From the NCBI GenBank assembly GCA_017411405.1, contig JAFQQE010000010.1, positions 29,615-93,614 of the forward strand: a DNA stretch of 64,000 bases, written 5' to 3'. A program made the position numbers and the translations under genes. The notes beneath the pieces were generated by a model that did no database searches, had not been told where the DNA came from, and saw only the letters and a list, made by a program, of their open reading frames with translations. This DNA comes from Bacilli bacterium. Its GTDB lineage: Bacteria > Bacillota_I > Bacilli_A > RF39 > UBA660. The number at the start of each line of letters is the position of its first letter. Position 1 is the stretch's first letter. Of this stretch, positions 49,096 to 57,911 are shown one piece after another.

Positions 49096-49807
49096 TATTT
49101 TTCTCCTTATATTTTTCTATTACTGTTTCTATTCCTTCTATTTTTAGTTTATTATCATTTTGTAATTTAATAGCTGATTCATAAGTTAAGATTTCATATT
49201 TCATTAATGTATCTATACTTTCTAAATTAGATTTATTTACATCATTTTTGTTATTTAATGTAATATTATAAATTTCTTTACCACTATTAATTAAATTACT
49301 TGTAACATTATTTATTATAGGTATATTATTTAAAATAATTCCACTATATTTACTTTCATTTACATATTTTGCTGTAGTATTTACTACACTACCTATAAAT
49401 AACAATAAAAAACAAAATAATATTCCTTCTAATAGCCCTATTATACCTCCAACAATTTTACTAGGTAAATTTAATAGAATTGTTAAATTTAATATCTTTT
49501 GTATACCTACAGATATTTTTTTTATAACACCAAATATTATCCATAAAACTATTATAGTAAATAAATAACTTATTGCTTCATAAAATAATATATTTACTGC
49601 TATAACACCTTTAAATATACCTCCAAAACTTAAAAAAGGTAAATTTTCATAAAGAAATGTTGATATAGGTTGTTTAAAATAAAAAGCTATAATAAATACT
49701 AAAAAAGTTCCTATTAAATTAACCGCACTTGGTATTAAACCATTTTTAAAACCTTTTAGTGCACAAAGTAATAAAATTACAATAATTAAGTAATCAACTA
49801 TATTCAT
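49088..49807 (-). CDS. CvpA-family membrane protein (colicin V production protein-like).
   Basis: 239 aa. N-terminal MNIVDYLIIVILLLCALKGFKNGL is typical of CvpA. Four TM helices. Confidence 0.65.
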   Translation of the reverse strand: MNIVDYLIIVILLLCALKGFKNGLIPSAVNLIGTFLVFIIAFYFKQPISTFLYENLPFLSFGGIFKGVIAVNILFYEAISYLFTIIVLWIIFGVIKKISVGIQKILNLTILLNLPSKIVGGIIGLLEGILFCFLLLFIGSVVNTTAKYVNESKYSGIILNNIPIINNVTSNLINSGKEIYNITLNNKNDVNKSNLESIDTLMKYEILTYESAIKLQNDNKLKIEGIETVIEKYKEKNND

Positions 49808-49891
49808 ATATATTCACCATCCATTTTAATTATATTATAAAAAAGGTGAAAAATAAAGAATAATATGATAAAATGGATTTGGTGATGAAAA

Positions 49892-50848
49892 ATGGCACAA
49901 ACTACAATTGTTTTTAAAATAAGCAATAATTTAAAAAATGAAATAATAGAGTTTTATCAAGATAGATTTATAGATAAGAAACCTCCTTATAGTGTTTTTC
50001 AAGTTAAAGATTTTGATTGCGTTACTACTTTATATGAATCTGGAAAAATAATGTTCCAAGGAATGGCTGCAGATATAGAAGCATCTTATTGGATAGAAAG
50101 AGAAAGAATATTAAATAATCGTAACATAAAACAAGAACTTGATAAGGATTCTAAGAAAAAAGATGATAAGAAAAATGAATTAAAAGATGAAAGATTTAAA
50201 TATATTTCTACTATAGGATCAGATGAGGTTGGTACTGGAGATTATTTTGGACCTATAGTTGTTACTGCATCTTATGTTGATATTAAAGATAAAAATAAAT
50301 TAGAAGATATTGGTATTAGAGATTCTAAAAAACTTACTGATGATAAAATCAAATTAATTGCACCTAAATTAATAAAAGAAATACCTCATGTAACTTTTAT
50401 ATTAACTCCTAGTGAATATAATCAAAAAGGTATAACAAATATGAATAAAATAAAAGCAATATTACACAATAAAGTGTTATATGCTTTAGTTAATAAAGAT
50501 ATATATGATTATGAAAAAATTGTTATGGATCAATTTGTTTATCCTGCTAAATATTTTGAACATATAGAAAGTATTCCTAAAAAAATAACAAATATAACAT
50601 TTACAACTCATGCTGAAGATAAATGTTTATCTGTTGCTGTATCTAGTATTATATCAAGATATATTTTCTTAAAGGAAATGGATAATTTAAGTGATTCATT
50701 AGGTATTCCTTTACAAAAAGGTGCTGGAGAAAACGTGGATAAACAAGGTATTGAAATCATAGAAAAATTTGGTTTTGATAAATTAAAAGAAATTGCTAAA
50801 TTAAATTTTAAAAATACTGATAAGATTAAATTTAATATGAATTTTTAA
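49892..50848 (+). CDS. rnhC: Ribonuclease HIII.
   Basis: 318 aa. N-terminal TBP-like domain, then an RNase HII/HIII catalytic core with GSDEVGTGDYFGPIVV. Confidence 0.85.
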   Translation: MAQTTIVFKISNNLKNEIIEFYQDRFIDKKPPYSVFQVKDFDCVTTLYESGKIMFQGMAADIEASYWIERERILNNRNIKQELDKDSKKKDDKKNELKDERFKYISTIGSDEVGTGDYFGPIVVTASYVDIKDKNKLEDIGIRDSKKLTDDKIKLIAPKLIKEIPHVTFILTPSEYNQKGITNMNKIKAILHNKVLYALVNKDIYDYEKIVMDQFVYPAKYFEHIESIPKKITNITFTTHAEDKCLSVAVSSIISRYIFLKEMDNLSDSLGIPLQKGAGENVDKQGIEIIEKFGFDKLKEIAKLNFKNTDKIKFNMNF

Positions 50849-50880
50849 AAATGTAAAGTGTTTACTTTACATTTTTTATT
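50848..50880 (+). terminator. Intrinsic terminator after rnhC (overlaps the convergent trmB stop).
   Basis: Hairpin AATGTAAAGTgtttACTTTACATT followed by TTTTTATTT. Confidence 0.55.
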
Positions 50881-51505
50881 TCTTGTATGCATTTAAATAA
50901 TTTATTTTAATTCCATTTTTCATAAATTTGTTTTCATACTCAGTTATTACATTATCTATATCTTCATTTGCTAAATCCATGCTTACTCTATCTAGTATAT
51001 AACCATGTTTAGATAATGATTCAATTGAATAAGCAAATAATAAAATATTATCTGTTTTTTGTACTATATGTGGTTTATTCTTAAATATATTTTCATATAA
51101 ATTTAAAAATACTTCACTAGTTAATCTTCTTTTAGCATGTCTTTTTTTAGGCCATGGATCGGAAAAATTTAAATATAAAGTATCTATTTCTTTATTGAAT
51201 ATTTTATTTATATTTATTGCATCTAATCTTATTAATTTTAAATTAGTTAATTCTTCACCAGCTAACTTTTCTATTGCCCTAACCATTACAGATTCATATT
51301 TCTCTATTCCTATAAAATTTATATTAGGATATTTTTTTGCCATACCTATTATAAAATCTCCCTTACCCATACCAATTTCTATATGAATAGGATTATTATT
51401 ATCGAATATTTCTTTGTATTTACCTAAATATTCTTCTGGATTATTTATTACATAATTACAATTTTCAACTATATTAATTGCATTTTTCACATTTCTTAAA
51501 CGCAT
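50876..51505 (-). CDS. trmB: tRNA (guanine-N7)-methyltransferase.
   Basis: 209-aa SAM methyltransferase. IEIGMGKGDF motif I, LNFSDPWPKKRH motif. Confidence 0.85.
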   Translation of the reverse strand: MRLRNVKNAINIVENCNYVINNPEEYLGKYKEIFDNNNPIHIEIGMGKGDFIIGMAKKYPNINFIGIEKYESVMVRAIEKLAGEELTNLKLIRLDAININKIFNKEIDTLYLNFSDPWPKKRHAKRRLTSEVFLNLYENIFKNKPHIVQKTDNILLFAYSIESLSKHGYILDRVSMDLANEDIDNVITEYENKFMKNGIKINYLNAYKK

Positions 51506-51558
51506 TATTAATCACTTCCTTTATTTTTTTACATATAATGAACTGAGGAGGAAAATCT

Positions 51559-51915
51559 ATGAAAAAAGATAGAAATTCATTTTTTTCAGAATATAACATG
51601 AGTTCATATAATAATATGCAACCTATGATGCCTAATATGTATCCTAACCAAGTATCTAGTCAATCATCTTTTTATTCAGGACCTGCAATGGATTATAATA
51701 TGAATCAAAATTATAATAATATGATTCCACAAAATAACATGAATAACAATTATACATCAGATATCGAATCTAGGATATCAAAAATTGAAAGACAAATCAA
51801 TAGAATTGAAACAAGATTAAATAAATTAGAAAGTGAATTATCTACAAATTATAATACAACTAAAGATTTAGATAATAGTTTATACAATAACAATAATAAT
51901 ATGTATATGGTTTAA
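51559..51915 (+). CDS. N/Q/M/Y-rich low-complexity protein with a C-terminal coiled-coil (spore-coat-like).
   Basis: 118 aa. RBS GAGGAGG. NMQPMMPNMYPNQ... then SRISKIERQINRIETRLNKLESELS. Confidence 0.45.
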   Translation: MKKDRNSFFSEYNMSSYNNMQPMMPNMYPNQVSSQSSFYSGPAMDYNMNQNYNNMIPQNNMNNNYTSDIESRISKIERQINRIETRLNKLESELSTNYNTTKDLDNSLYNNNNNMYMV

Positions 51916-51967
51916 TACTTACTTTAATGTAAGTTTTTTTATAAAATAAAAAAATTCTATTAACTAA

Positions 51968-52132
51968 TCATTTATACATTATTAAAGCACTAAAACAATA
52001 TAATTGTTCTTCTCCACTTATTGCAATAGATACATTAAATTTTATATCTATAACATTTTTATCTAGTATAAACTCATTAATAGAATTTTCTAAATCTTTT
52101 TCATGACATTCATCAAATACTTTTACTTTCAT
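51968..52132 (-). CDS. Small sporulation protein, Cse60-like (54 aa); missed by the ORF track.
   Basis: Manual translation MKVKVFDECHEKDLENSINEFILDKNVIDIKFNVSIAISGEEQLYCFSALIMYK resembles the Cse60 family (KVKVFDEEHEKDLE...VYCFSA). Confidence 0.45.
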   Translation of the reverse strand: MKVKVFDECHEKDLENSINEFILDKNVIDIKFNVSIAISGEEQLYCFSALIMYK

Positions 52133-52183
52133 ATAATCACCAACATAATTATAATAATTAACTATGTCGAATTATAAGAGTTT

Positions 52184-53071
52184 TTATTCAAATTTTAAAT
52201 CTATAAAACTATTACATATACTTGCAATTAATATAGCACCCAAACTAGATAAAGCGGGTTGAACTAAATATAATAAAAATGTAAGTAATCCAACTATAAT
52301 ACCATAAATAACTATACCTTTTTTAGTATAACTACTACTAACACTATCAGTTGCAATAAATACAAAAGAAAATAATATTCCATTAGTAAATAACATATTC
52401 ATAATATTACTAATATCATTCATTATTAAACAATATATTATAGTTAATATAGAAAAAGTAATAGTTGCAAAAATGGGTATATTTCTTTTGTATATTTTAA
52501 AATTATATAATACTATAAAACTTATAATTAATAGCAATACGTTAGTAGTAAAAATTCCACCACTACCCTTACCAAGTAAATAATCTAGTGCATTCATATT
52601 AAAATTATTGCTTGCTTCGTAATTATTTAAAAAACTAAATTCATTAAATAAATTCATTATAAAAAATATTATTAAACTAGTTAGAGCTATATAATTTATT
52701 TTATTTATTTTAATAAACTTAGATACTAATAATACTATAAAAGTAACTGTACTAAATAGTATTATATTAGTATTTATACTTATTATACACGCAACTAATA
52801 CTCCATATAAAGAATGAAAACTACTAAATATAATATCAACTAATTTAGCTTTTTTCTTTTTTATTAATACTTCATATATATAATTAACTAAACTACCTAT
52901 TATGAATCCAATTATTATAAATAATAAAGGTTTAATAGCACCATATAAAGAAACATAATCCTTTAAATATAAACTTATACCATTTTTATATATACCAAAT
53001 AATATTAATGGAAATAAACTTAAAAAATATATAAAATAACATTTCTTAATACTATTACTACTTTGTATCAT
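52184..53071 (-). CDS. RnfD/NqrB-like integral membrane protein (diverged).
   Basis: 295 aa. GKGSGGIFTTNVLLLIISFIVLYNFKIYKRNIPI parallels the RnfD block GxxGGxLGETSxLxxLxGGxxLxxxxxIxWxIP. Overlaps the RnfC-like gene by 14 nt. Confidence 0.45.
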   Translation of the reverse strand: MIQSSNSIKKCYFIYFLSLFPLILFGIYKNGISLYLKDYVSLYGAIKPLLFIIIGFIIGSLVNYIYEVLIKKKKAKLVDIIFSSFHSLYGVLVACIISINTNIILFSTVTFIVLLVSKFIKINKINYIALTSLIIFFIMNLFNEFSFLNNYEASNNFNMNALDYLLGKGSGGIFTTNVLLLIISFIVLYNFKIYKRNIPIFATITFSILTIIYCLIMNDISNIMNMLFTNGILFSFVFIATDSVSSSYTKKGIVIYGIIVGLLTFLLYLVQPALSSLGAILIASICNSFIDLKFE

Positions 53072-54182
53072 TATTACACCCCTTATTTAATTTAATATGA
53101 CTAGGACAATAATAAGAACATAAACCACAATTAACACATCTTTTTTTATAGTCTAATGCTTTATTATCTTTATTAAAATACATATATTTAGGATTTATAT
53201 TAACAGGACAATTATTAACACATAATCCACAATTAATACATTCATTTTCTTTAATTTCTTCATTACTATTTATAAAAATACTTCGAATGTTATTATCTAT
53301 TATAAAATTAGTATTATTCAATTTTTTACCATTTAACAAACCATTAATAATTATATCTTTATTATTAATTTTATAGTAATCTACGATATCACTTAAACTA
53401 GTTCCAATTTTAACACGTAATACTTTACTATAATCTATTAAATTTCCTGTTAAAGTTATATAAGTATAACTATTCTTTCTTCCTTTTTTTAATACATTAT
53501 ATATATTTAATATATCCTTAATATTTAAATATAATACTGGATACTTTTTATTTTTATAACTAGTTAATTTATTAATTAAGATATTTTTATTTCCAATAGT
53601 TAAACTATTACTAAATAATTTCAAATCTATTTTAGGATATGTACCTATATTATTAAGTAATATATCAACAACATTTATATCATTATTACTAACTGCTAAA
53701 AAACACTTTTTTATATTCATTATATCTATTAAAGCATCAATACAATCTAATATTTGAATAGTATATTCTTTTAATAGTACATTATAATTCAATTCTTCTA
53801 TATATTCATCTATACCATTTACTATTAATACTTTACTATTTGAATTAAAATTGTCTATTAAATTAAATTTATCAACCAATTCTATAAATTCTTCTTTACT
53901 ATATTTATTAATATATTTTTTAGTACCAAATCTAGTTTTTAATTTATCTTTATAATCGTTATCAATAACAATATATTTTTTATTATTTATAGTTGTTGAA
54001 CCTAATACTTTACCAGATACACTACTATAAACTTTATTTTCATTATTTTCTAATAAAACTTCATTTTTATATATATAATCCCCTTCTTTATAATAGATTT
54101 GACTATTATTTAATATTGGTAAATATATATAATCACAATTTAAAAAATTTTCTATATTACTAACTTCTTTCATATCTTGCAC
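53058..54182 (-). CDS. RnfC-like protein with two C-terminal 4Fe-4S ferredoxin motifs (diverged; no obvious NAD/FMN glycine-rich motif).
   Basis: 374 aa. CINCGLCVNNCP and CVNCGLCSYYCP at the C-terminus. N-terminal barrel-like region. Confidence 0.45.
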   Translation of the reverse strand: MQDMKEVSNIENFLNCDYIYLPILNNSQIYYKEGDYIYKNEVLLENNENKVYSSVSGKVLGSTTINNKKYIVIDNDYKDKLKTRFGTKKYINKYSKEEFIELVDKFNLIDNFNSNSKVLIVNGIDEYIEELNYNVLLKEYTIQILDCIDALIDIMNIKKCFLAVSNNDINVVDILLNNIGTYPKIDLKLFSNSLTIGNKNILINKLTSYKNKKYPVLYLNIKDILNIYNVLKKGRKNSYTYITLTGNLIDYSKVLRVKIGTSLSDIVDYYKINNKDIIINGLLNGKKLNNTNFIIDNNIRSIFINSNEEIKENECINCGLCVNNCPVNINPKYMYFNKDNKALDYKKRCVNCGLCSYYCPSHIKLNKGCNNDTK

Positions 54183-54261
54183 CTATATTAATTATAAAAA
54201 ATATATATAAAAAAAGCAATAATCTAAAATTACTATTCAAAATTTTTATAATACTTTATAT

Positions 54262-54299
54262 ATTAAATAAAACAAAAAAGTGATCTAATAATCACTTTT
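54262..54299 (-). terminator. Intrinsic terminator after the ytxH-like gene.
   Basis: Hairpin AAAAGTGATtattagATCACTTTT followed by TTGTTTTATTT on the minus strand. Confidence 0.5.
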
Positions 54300-54702
54300 A
54301 TTTAGCATCTTTATTTTCTAATTTTGCAGTAATAGAATTTAATACATCTATCGCAGTTAATCTAATATCATCAGCTGCTTTTTCTAATATAGGAGTACCT
54401 TTTTTTACTGCTAATTTATATAACTCTTCAGTCTTTTTAACTATTGCTTTACCTTTTTGTTTAGCAAGTTTTAATACTTTTTCTTTATCTAAATCTTCTA
54501 ATTCTTTTTTGATATCTTTAATTTGTTTTTCTATAGATACCTTAACTTCTTCAATATCTATTTCTTTAATTTTTTCATACATATCGTTTAGTTTATTCTT
54601 TAATTTTTCTCTTGTATCCTTACCTTTTTCAGGTGCAAAAAGTATTCCTATTCCAACACCTATTCCAATACCTGCTAATAATTTTCCCCAATTTTTACTC
54701 AT
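54298..54702 (-). CDS. YtxH-family protein.
   Basis: 134 aa. N-terminal LLAGIGIGVGIGILFAPEKGKDTREKL is typical of the YtxH / general stress family. Confidence 0.65.
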   Translation of the reverse strand: MSKNWGKLLAGIGIGVGIGILFAPEKGKDTREKLKNKLNDMYEKIKEIDIEEVKVSIEKQIKDIKKELEDLDKEKVLKLAKQKGKAIVKKTEELYKLAVKKGTPILEKAADDIRLTAIDVLNSITAKLENKDAK

Positions 54703-54973
54703 TTGTATCCTTATCCTTTCTTTTAAATATTTTATTCACAAAACTCATAATTAATTCCACAATATTGCTTAGCCCTAAAGATAATTTATCACTTACAACG
54801 TTAATTATGTTAAACATTGAATTAAATGAATTAACTTTATTTTGTACATCATCTATCAATTTATCAGCTTTGTCAACAACAAAAATAATCTTAATCCCTA
54901 ATACTATTAATATAATTAATAATACTATCAATAATAAATTTACAATAACTGGTAACATTTCTACAAAAGTCAT
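54695..54973 (-). CDS. DUF948-family (YtxG-like) membrane protein.
   Basis: 92 aa. N-terminal TM then a coiled region. Immediately upstream of the ytxH-like gene, as in ytxG-ytxH. Confidence 0.55.
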   Translation of the reverse strand: MTFVEMLPVIVNLLLIVLLIILIVLGIKIIFVVDKADKLIDDVQNKVNSFNSMFNIINVVSDKLSLGLSNIVELIMSFVNKIFKRKDKDTNE

Positions 54974-54976
54974 ATT

Positions 54977-55876
54977 CTATTCTCCCTTTTCTTCATACAT
55001 AGAATCAATTAAGCTAAATAAATCTGCTTCATCTTCATCTATTTCATCTTCTTCAATCTCTTTTACTTCATCCTCTATAATTTCTTCTTCGATAATCTCT
55101 TCTTCCACATCATCAATAATGTCTTCTTTTATTAAATCTTCAAAAGTATTTTTAGGTTCTTCAATAGTTATTTCTTCTTCATCTTCTTTATTATTATGTT
55201 GTTCTTCTTCATCAATTATACTTTCTAATTTTGGTACATCTATTTTTAAAGAATCTTCTTCAATTAATTCACCTATAGTTTTCAACTTATCTACTGGTTC
55301 TTCTACTATAATTTCTTTTTTTATTTCTTCTTTTATAATTGTTTTTTCTTCATTAGAAGGCATATTTAATTCTATTTCATCTTCTAAAGTTCCGAATGCT
55401 TTTTTTCTTACTTCATCTAAAGTAATCTCATTAGGTCTTCTTAAAACATCTTTTTTTACTATTACATCTTCTTTTTTATAATTTTGATCTAATACACCAT
55501 ATACTGGTGAAATAATAGGTGTAGGTTTAAATTGTTTTTTTACATCTTTTTTATTTAAAAAATCAGTATAATCTCTTTTTAGAGGTTGTTTTTTTTCAAT
55601 AGTCTCTTCTATTCTCGGTCTTGGTTTTTCTTCTCTAACTGGTCTTTCAAATTCTTCATCATCAAAATCTATTGGAAAAGTAAATGTTGACTCAGTTTTA
55701 TGTTCTCTATCGCTAAAATCATCTTTAGGTATCTTTATTTCCTTTATAGGATTTTCATCTTCTTCTATTCTAATATTTTCTTTTTTCACTACTTTTTCAG
55801 GTTCTTTTTTTATTTCTGGTAATTCTACTTCTTCCTCGTCAAATAAAATTCCCTTAATTTTATCAAATATCCCCAT
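54977..55876 (-). CDS. Highly acidic (E/D/K-rich) hypothetical protein.
   Basis: 299 aa, MGIFDKIKGILFDEEE..., low complexity. Confidence 0.4.
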   Translation of the reverse strand: MGIFDKIKGILFDEEEVELPEIKKEPEKVVKKENIRIEEDENPIKEIKIPKDDFSDREHKTESTFTFPIDFDDEEFERPVREEKPRPRIEETIEKKQPLKRDYTDFLNKKDVKKQFKPTPIISPVYGVLDQNYKKEDVIVKKDVLRRPNEITLDEVRKKAFGTLEDEIELNMPSNEEKTIIKEEIKKEIIVEEPVDKLKTIGELIEEDSLKIDVPKLESIIDEEEQHNNKEDEEEITIEEPKNTFEDLIKEDIIDDVEEEIIEEEIIEDEVKEIEEDEIDEDEADLFSLIDSMYEEKGE

Positions 55877-55890
55877 ATAAACTATCCTCT

Positions 55891-56526
55891 CTAATTTATA
55901 ATATCATAATCAGGAATTACATCTTCTTCCTCTTCATATTTATCATATTCTTCCATAATATCTAAGAAATTATCATTGCTAACATTATTGTCAAAAATAC
56001 TTAAATTTTCTTCTTTACTATTTATATTATTGTCTCCAATTAAATTATCTATAATATCTCTATCATATTTAATAGTGGATAATATAATTATAGAATTATT
56101 TATAGCGTTGTTGATATCTTCTTTATCTACTTTCACTTCTATTTTAGCATAATTATATATAATTTCAATATAATATTTATCATTATTATTATTTACTTTT
56201 AAACATCCTTCTATATTATTATTACTAAAATAATAACTATCATTATTACATGTTATTTTAGAATTATTATAATAACTTATAATATCAATAAACAAATAAT
56301 AAGAATATTTATTACTACTTATTTTTTCATTATAATCTTTATCATCAATAACGCTCATATATTTAGGTAAATAATATTTATATCCTTTAGAAGATCTATT
56401 ATATATTTTATTATTACTGTTTTTCTTAATAGTTTCATTCACTATATCTTTATAATTCATTTTATTTATATTAGTACAACCTACTGTACATAACATAAAA
56501 CATACTATAAGTAAAATTCTTTTCAT
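55891..56526 (-). CDS. Lipoprotein (hypothetical).
   Basis: Lipobox LCTVGC after a signal peptide (MKRILLIVCFMLCTVGCTN). Confidence 0.55.
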   Translation of the reverse strand: MKRILLIVCFMLCTVGCTNINKMNYKDIVNETIKKNSNNKIYNRSSKGYKYYLPKYMSVIDDKDYNEKISSNKYSYYLFIDIISYYNNSKITCNNDSYYFSNNNIEGCLKVNNNNDKYYIEIIYNYAKIEVKVDKEDINNAINNSIIILSTIKYDRDIIDNLIGDNNINSKEENLSIFDNNVSNDNFLDIMEEYDKYEEEEDVIPDYDIIN

Positions 56527-56593
56527 ATTTCACCTACTCTTCATATGTTATTATAACAAAAAAAAAGAAATAATAAAATGTTTTTTATCATTT

Positions 56594-57769
56594 CTATACT
56601 ATTTTTGTATTATTTACTTTCTTATTCAATATTTTTATAGGTTCACTTTTATCTTTTAATAACTTAGATATAGATAAATCATTATGAATATTATAAATAA
56701 TATTAGCAAGTAATTTAGAGCAATCACAAACATGCAACCATTCTTCATCTTTATAATCTTCTGGAATATAAGATAAATTAGTAGTGTATATGCCATCAAA
56801 TAATCCTCTATTATAATAATCTCTAAACTTATCTATTCCTTCCGTAAATAAAGCGTAAGTAACAACTATATAAACTTTTTTTACACCACGTTTCTTAAGT
56901 TCATCTATAACATCAAATATACTTCCACCACTAGATATCATATCATCACTTACTATTGCTGTTTTACCCTTTAAATCATTATTACCACAATAATCATGAG
57001 AAGTAACTGGATTTTTACCATTTACTAATTTATTATAATCTCTTTGCTTATAAAAACTACCAGCCTCTATTGTTACAAAATCACTGTTTAAAGAGTTTAA
57101 ATAAATATTTCTTCTACCATTAGCACCGTTATCAGGAGCAACACAAGTAACTAGCAAAAGATCATTTATATCAACATCATTAATTAAATCTTTTAAAATA
57201 ACATTAGATGGAAATACATTATCGAATTCAGTATAATGTAAAGCATGTTCAACACTAGGGTCATGTGCATCAAAAGTAATAATACTTTTTAATTGCCTAT
57301 TCATCTCTAATTCATGTAAAGTAGCACCACACATTAAATTCTCTCTAGTATTCCTTCTATGTTGTCTACCAGCGTAAAGTAGTGGCATAATTATATTAAT
57401 ACCACTAGCATGTCCATTACAAGCTCCTATACCATCTTTTAATTGCATCATCAAATCATTAGGGCTTGTATGATTAATAAAACCATGCATTTTATATTCT
57501 ATCGAATAATTACCAATATCTGTTAAAGCATATATGTTTTTACCTCTAACACTACTACCAATTTCTACTTTCAAATGACCATCACTAAAGAAATTTTCCT
57601 TAACAGGTAACATAAATGTATATCTATCAGGATCTAAATTATAAAGTTTAACAAGTTCATAGTCTACTTTTCTTCCTAATTCTAATGCACTCTTAAATAC
57701 CATAAGTCTTAATTTTTGATTTTCAATTTCTCTTTTTTCCATATTTACTCCCATATAAAAACTAGACAA
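56594..57769 (-). CDS. Ribose-phosphate pyrophosphokinase (PRPP synthetase) family protein, atypically long.
   Basis: 391 aa. ITFDAHD (PRPP synthetase DxHS-type) and TAIVSDDMISSGGS (PRPP-binding loop). Roughly 75 aa longer than canonical Prs. Confidence 0.6.
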   Translation of the reverse strand: MSSFYMGVNMEKREIENQKLRLMVFKSALELGRKVDYELVKLYNLDPDRYTFMLPVKENFFSDGHLKVEIGSSVRGKNIYALTDIGNYSIEYKMHGFINHTSPNDLMMQLKDGIGACNGHASGINIIMPLLYAGRQHRRNTRENLMCGATLHELEMNRQLKSIITFDAHDPSVEHALHYTEFDNVFPSNVILKDLINDVDINDLLLVTCVAPDNGANGRRNIYLNSLNSDFVTIEAGSFYKQRDYNKLVNGKNPVTSHDYCGNNDLKGKTAIVSDDMISSGGSIFDVIDELKKRGVKKVYIVVTYALFTEGIDKFRDYYNRGLFDGIYTTNLSYIPEDYKDEEWLHVCDCSKLLANIIYNIHNDLSISKLLKDKSEPIKILNKKVNNTKIV

Positions 57770-57911
57770 ATATATTATCTAGTTATAAAGATGGCAATAG
57801 AAGAATAAATATGATAATTTTATTTTATCTAATTCTACCATTGCCATCACCATTATTATAGTATCATTAATTAATAAATATTACAATCAGCAAAAAAATT
57901 AATTTACACAA

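Noticed and set aside
54612-55481. 289-aa plus-strand ORF rich in S/I/F runs.
   Set aside because: Antisense shadow of the acidic E/D/K-rich gene and the DUF948 gene. Low-complexity translation of a poly-purine/pyrimidine-biased strand.
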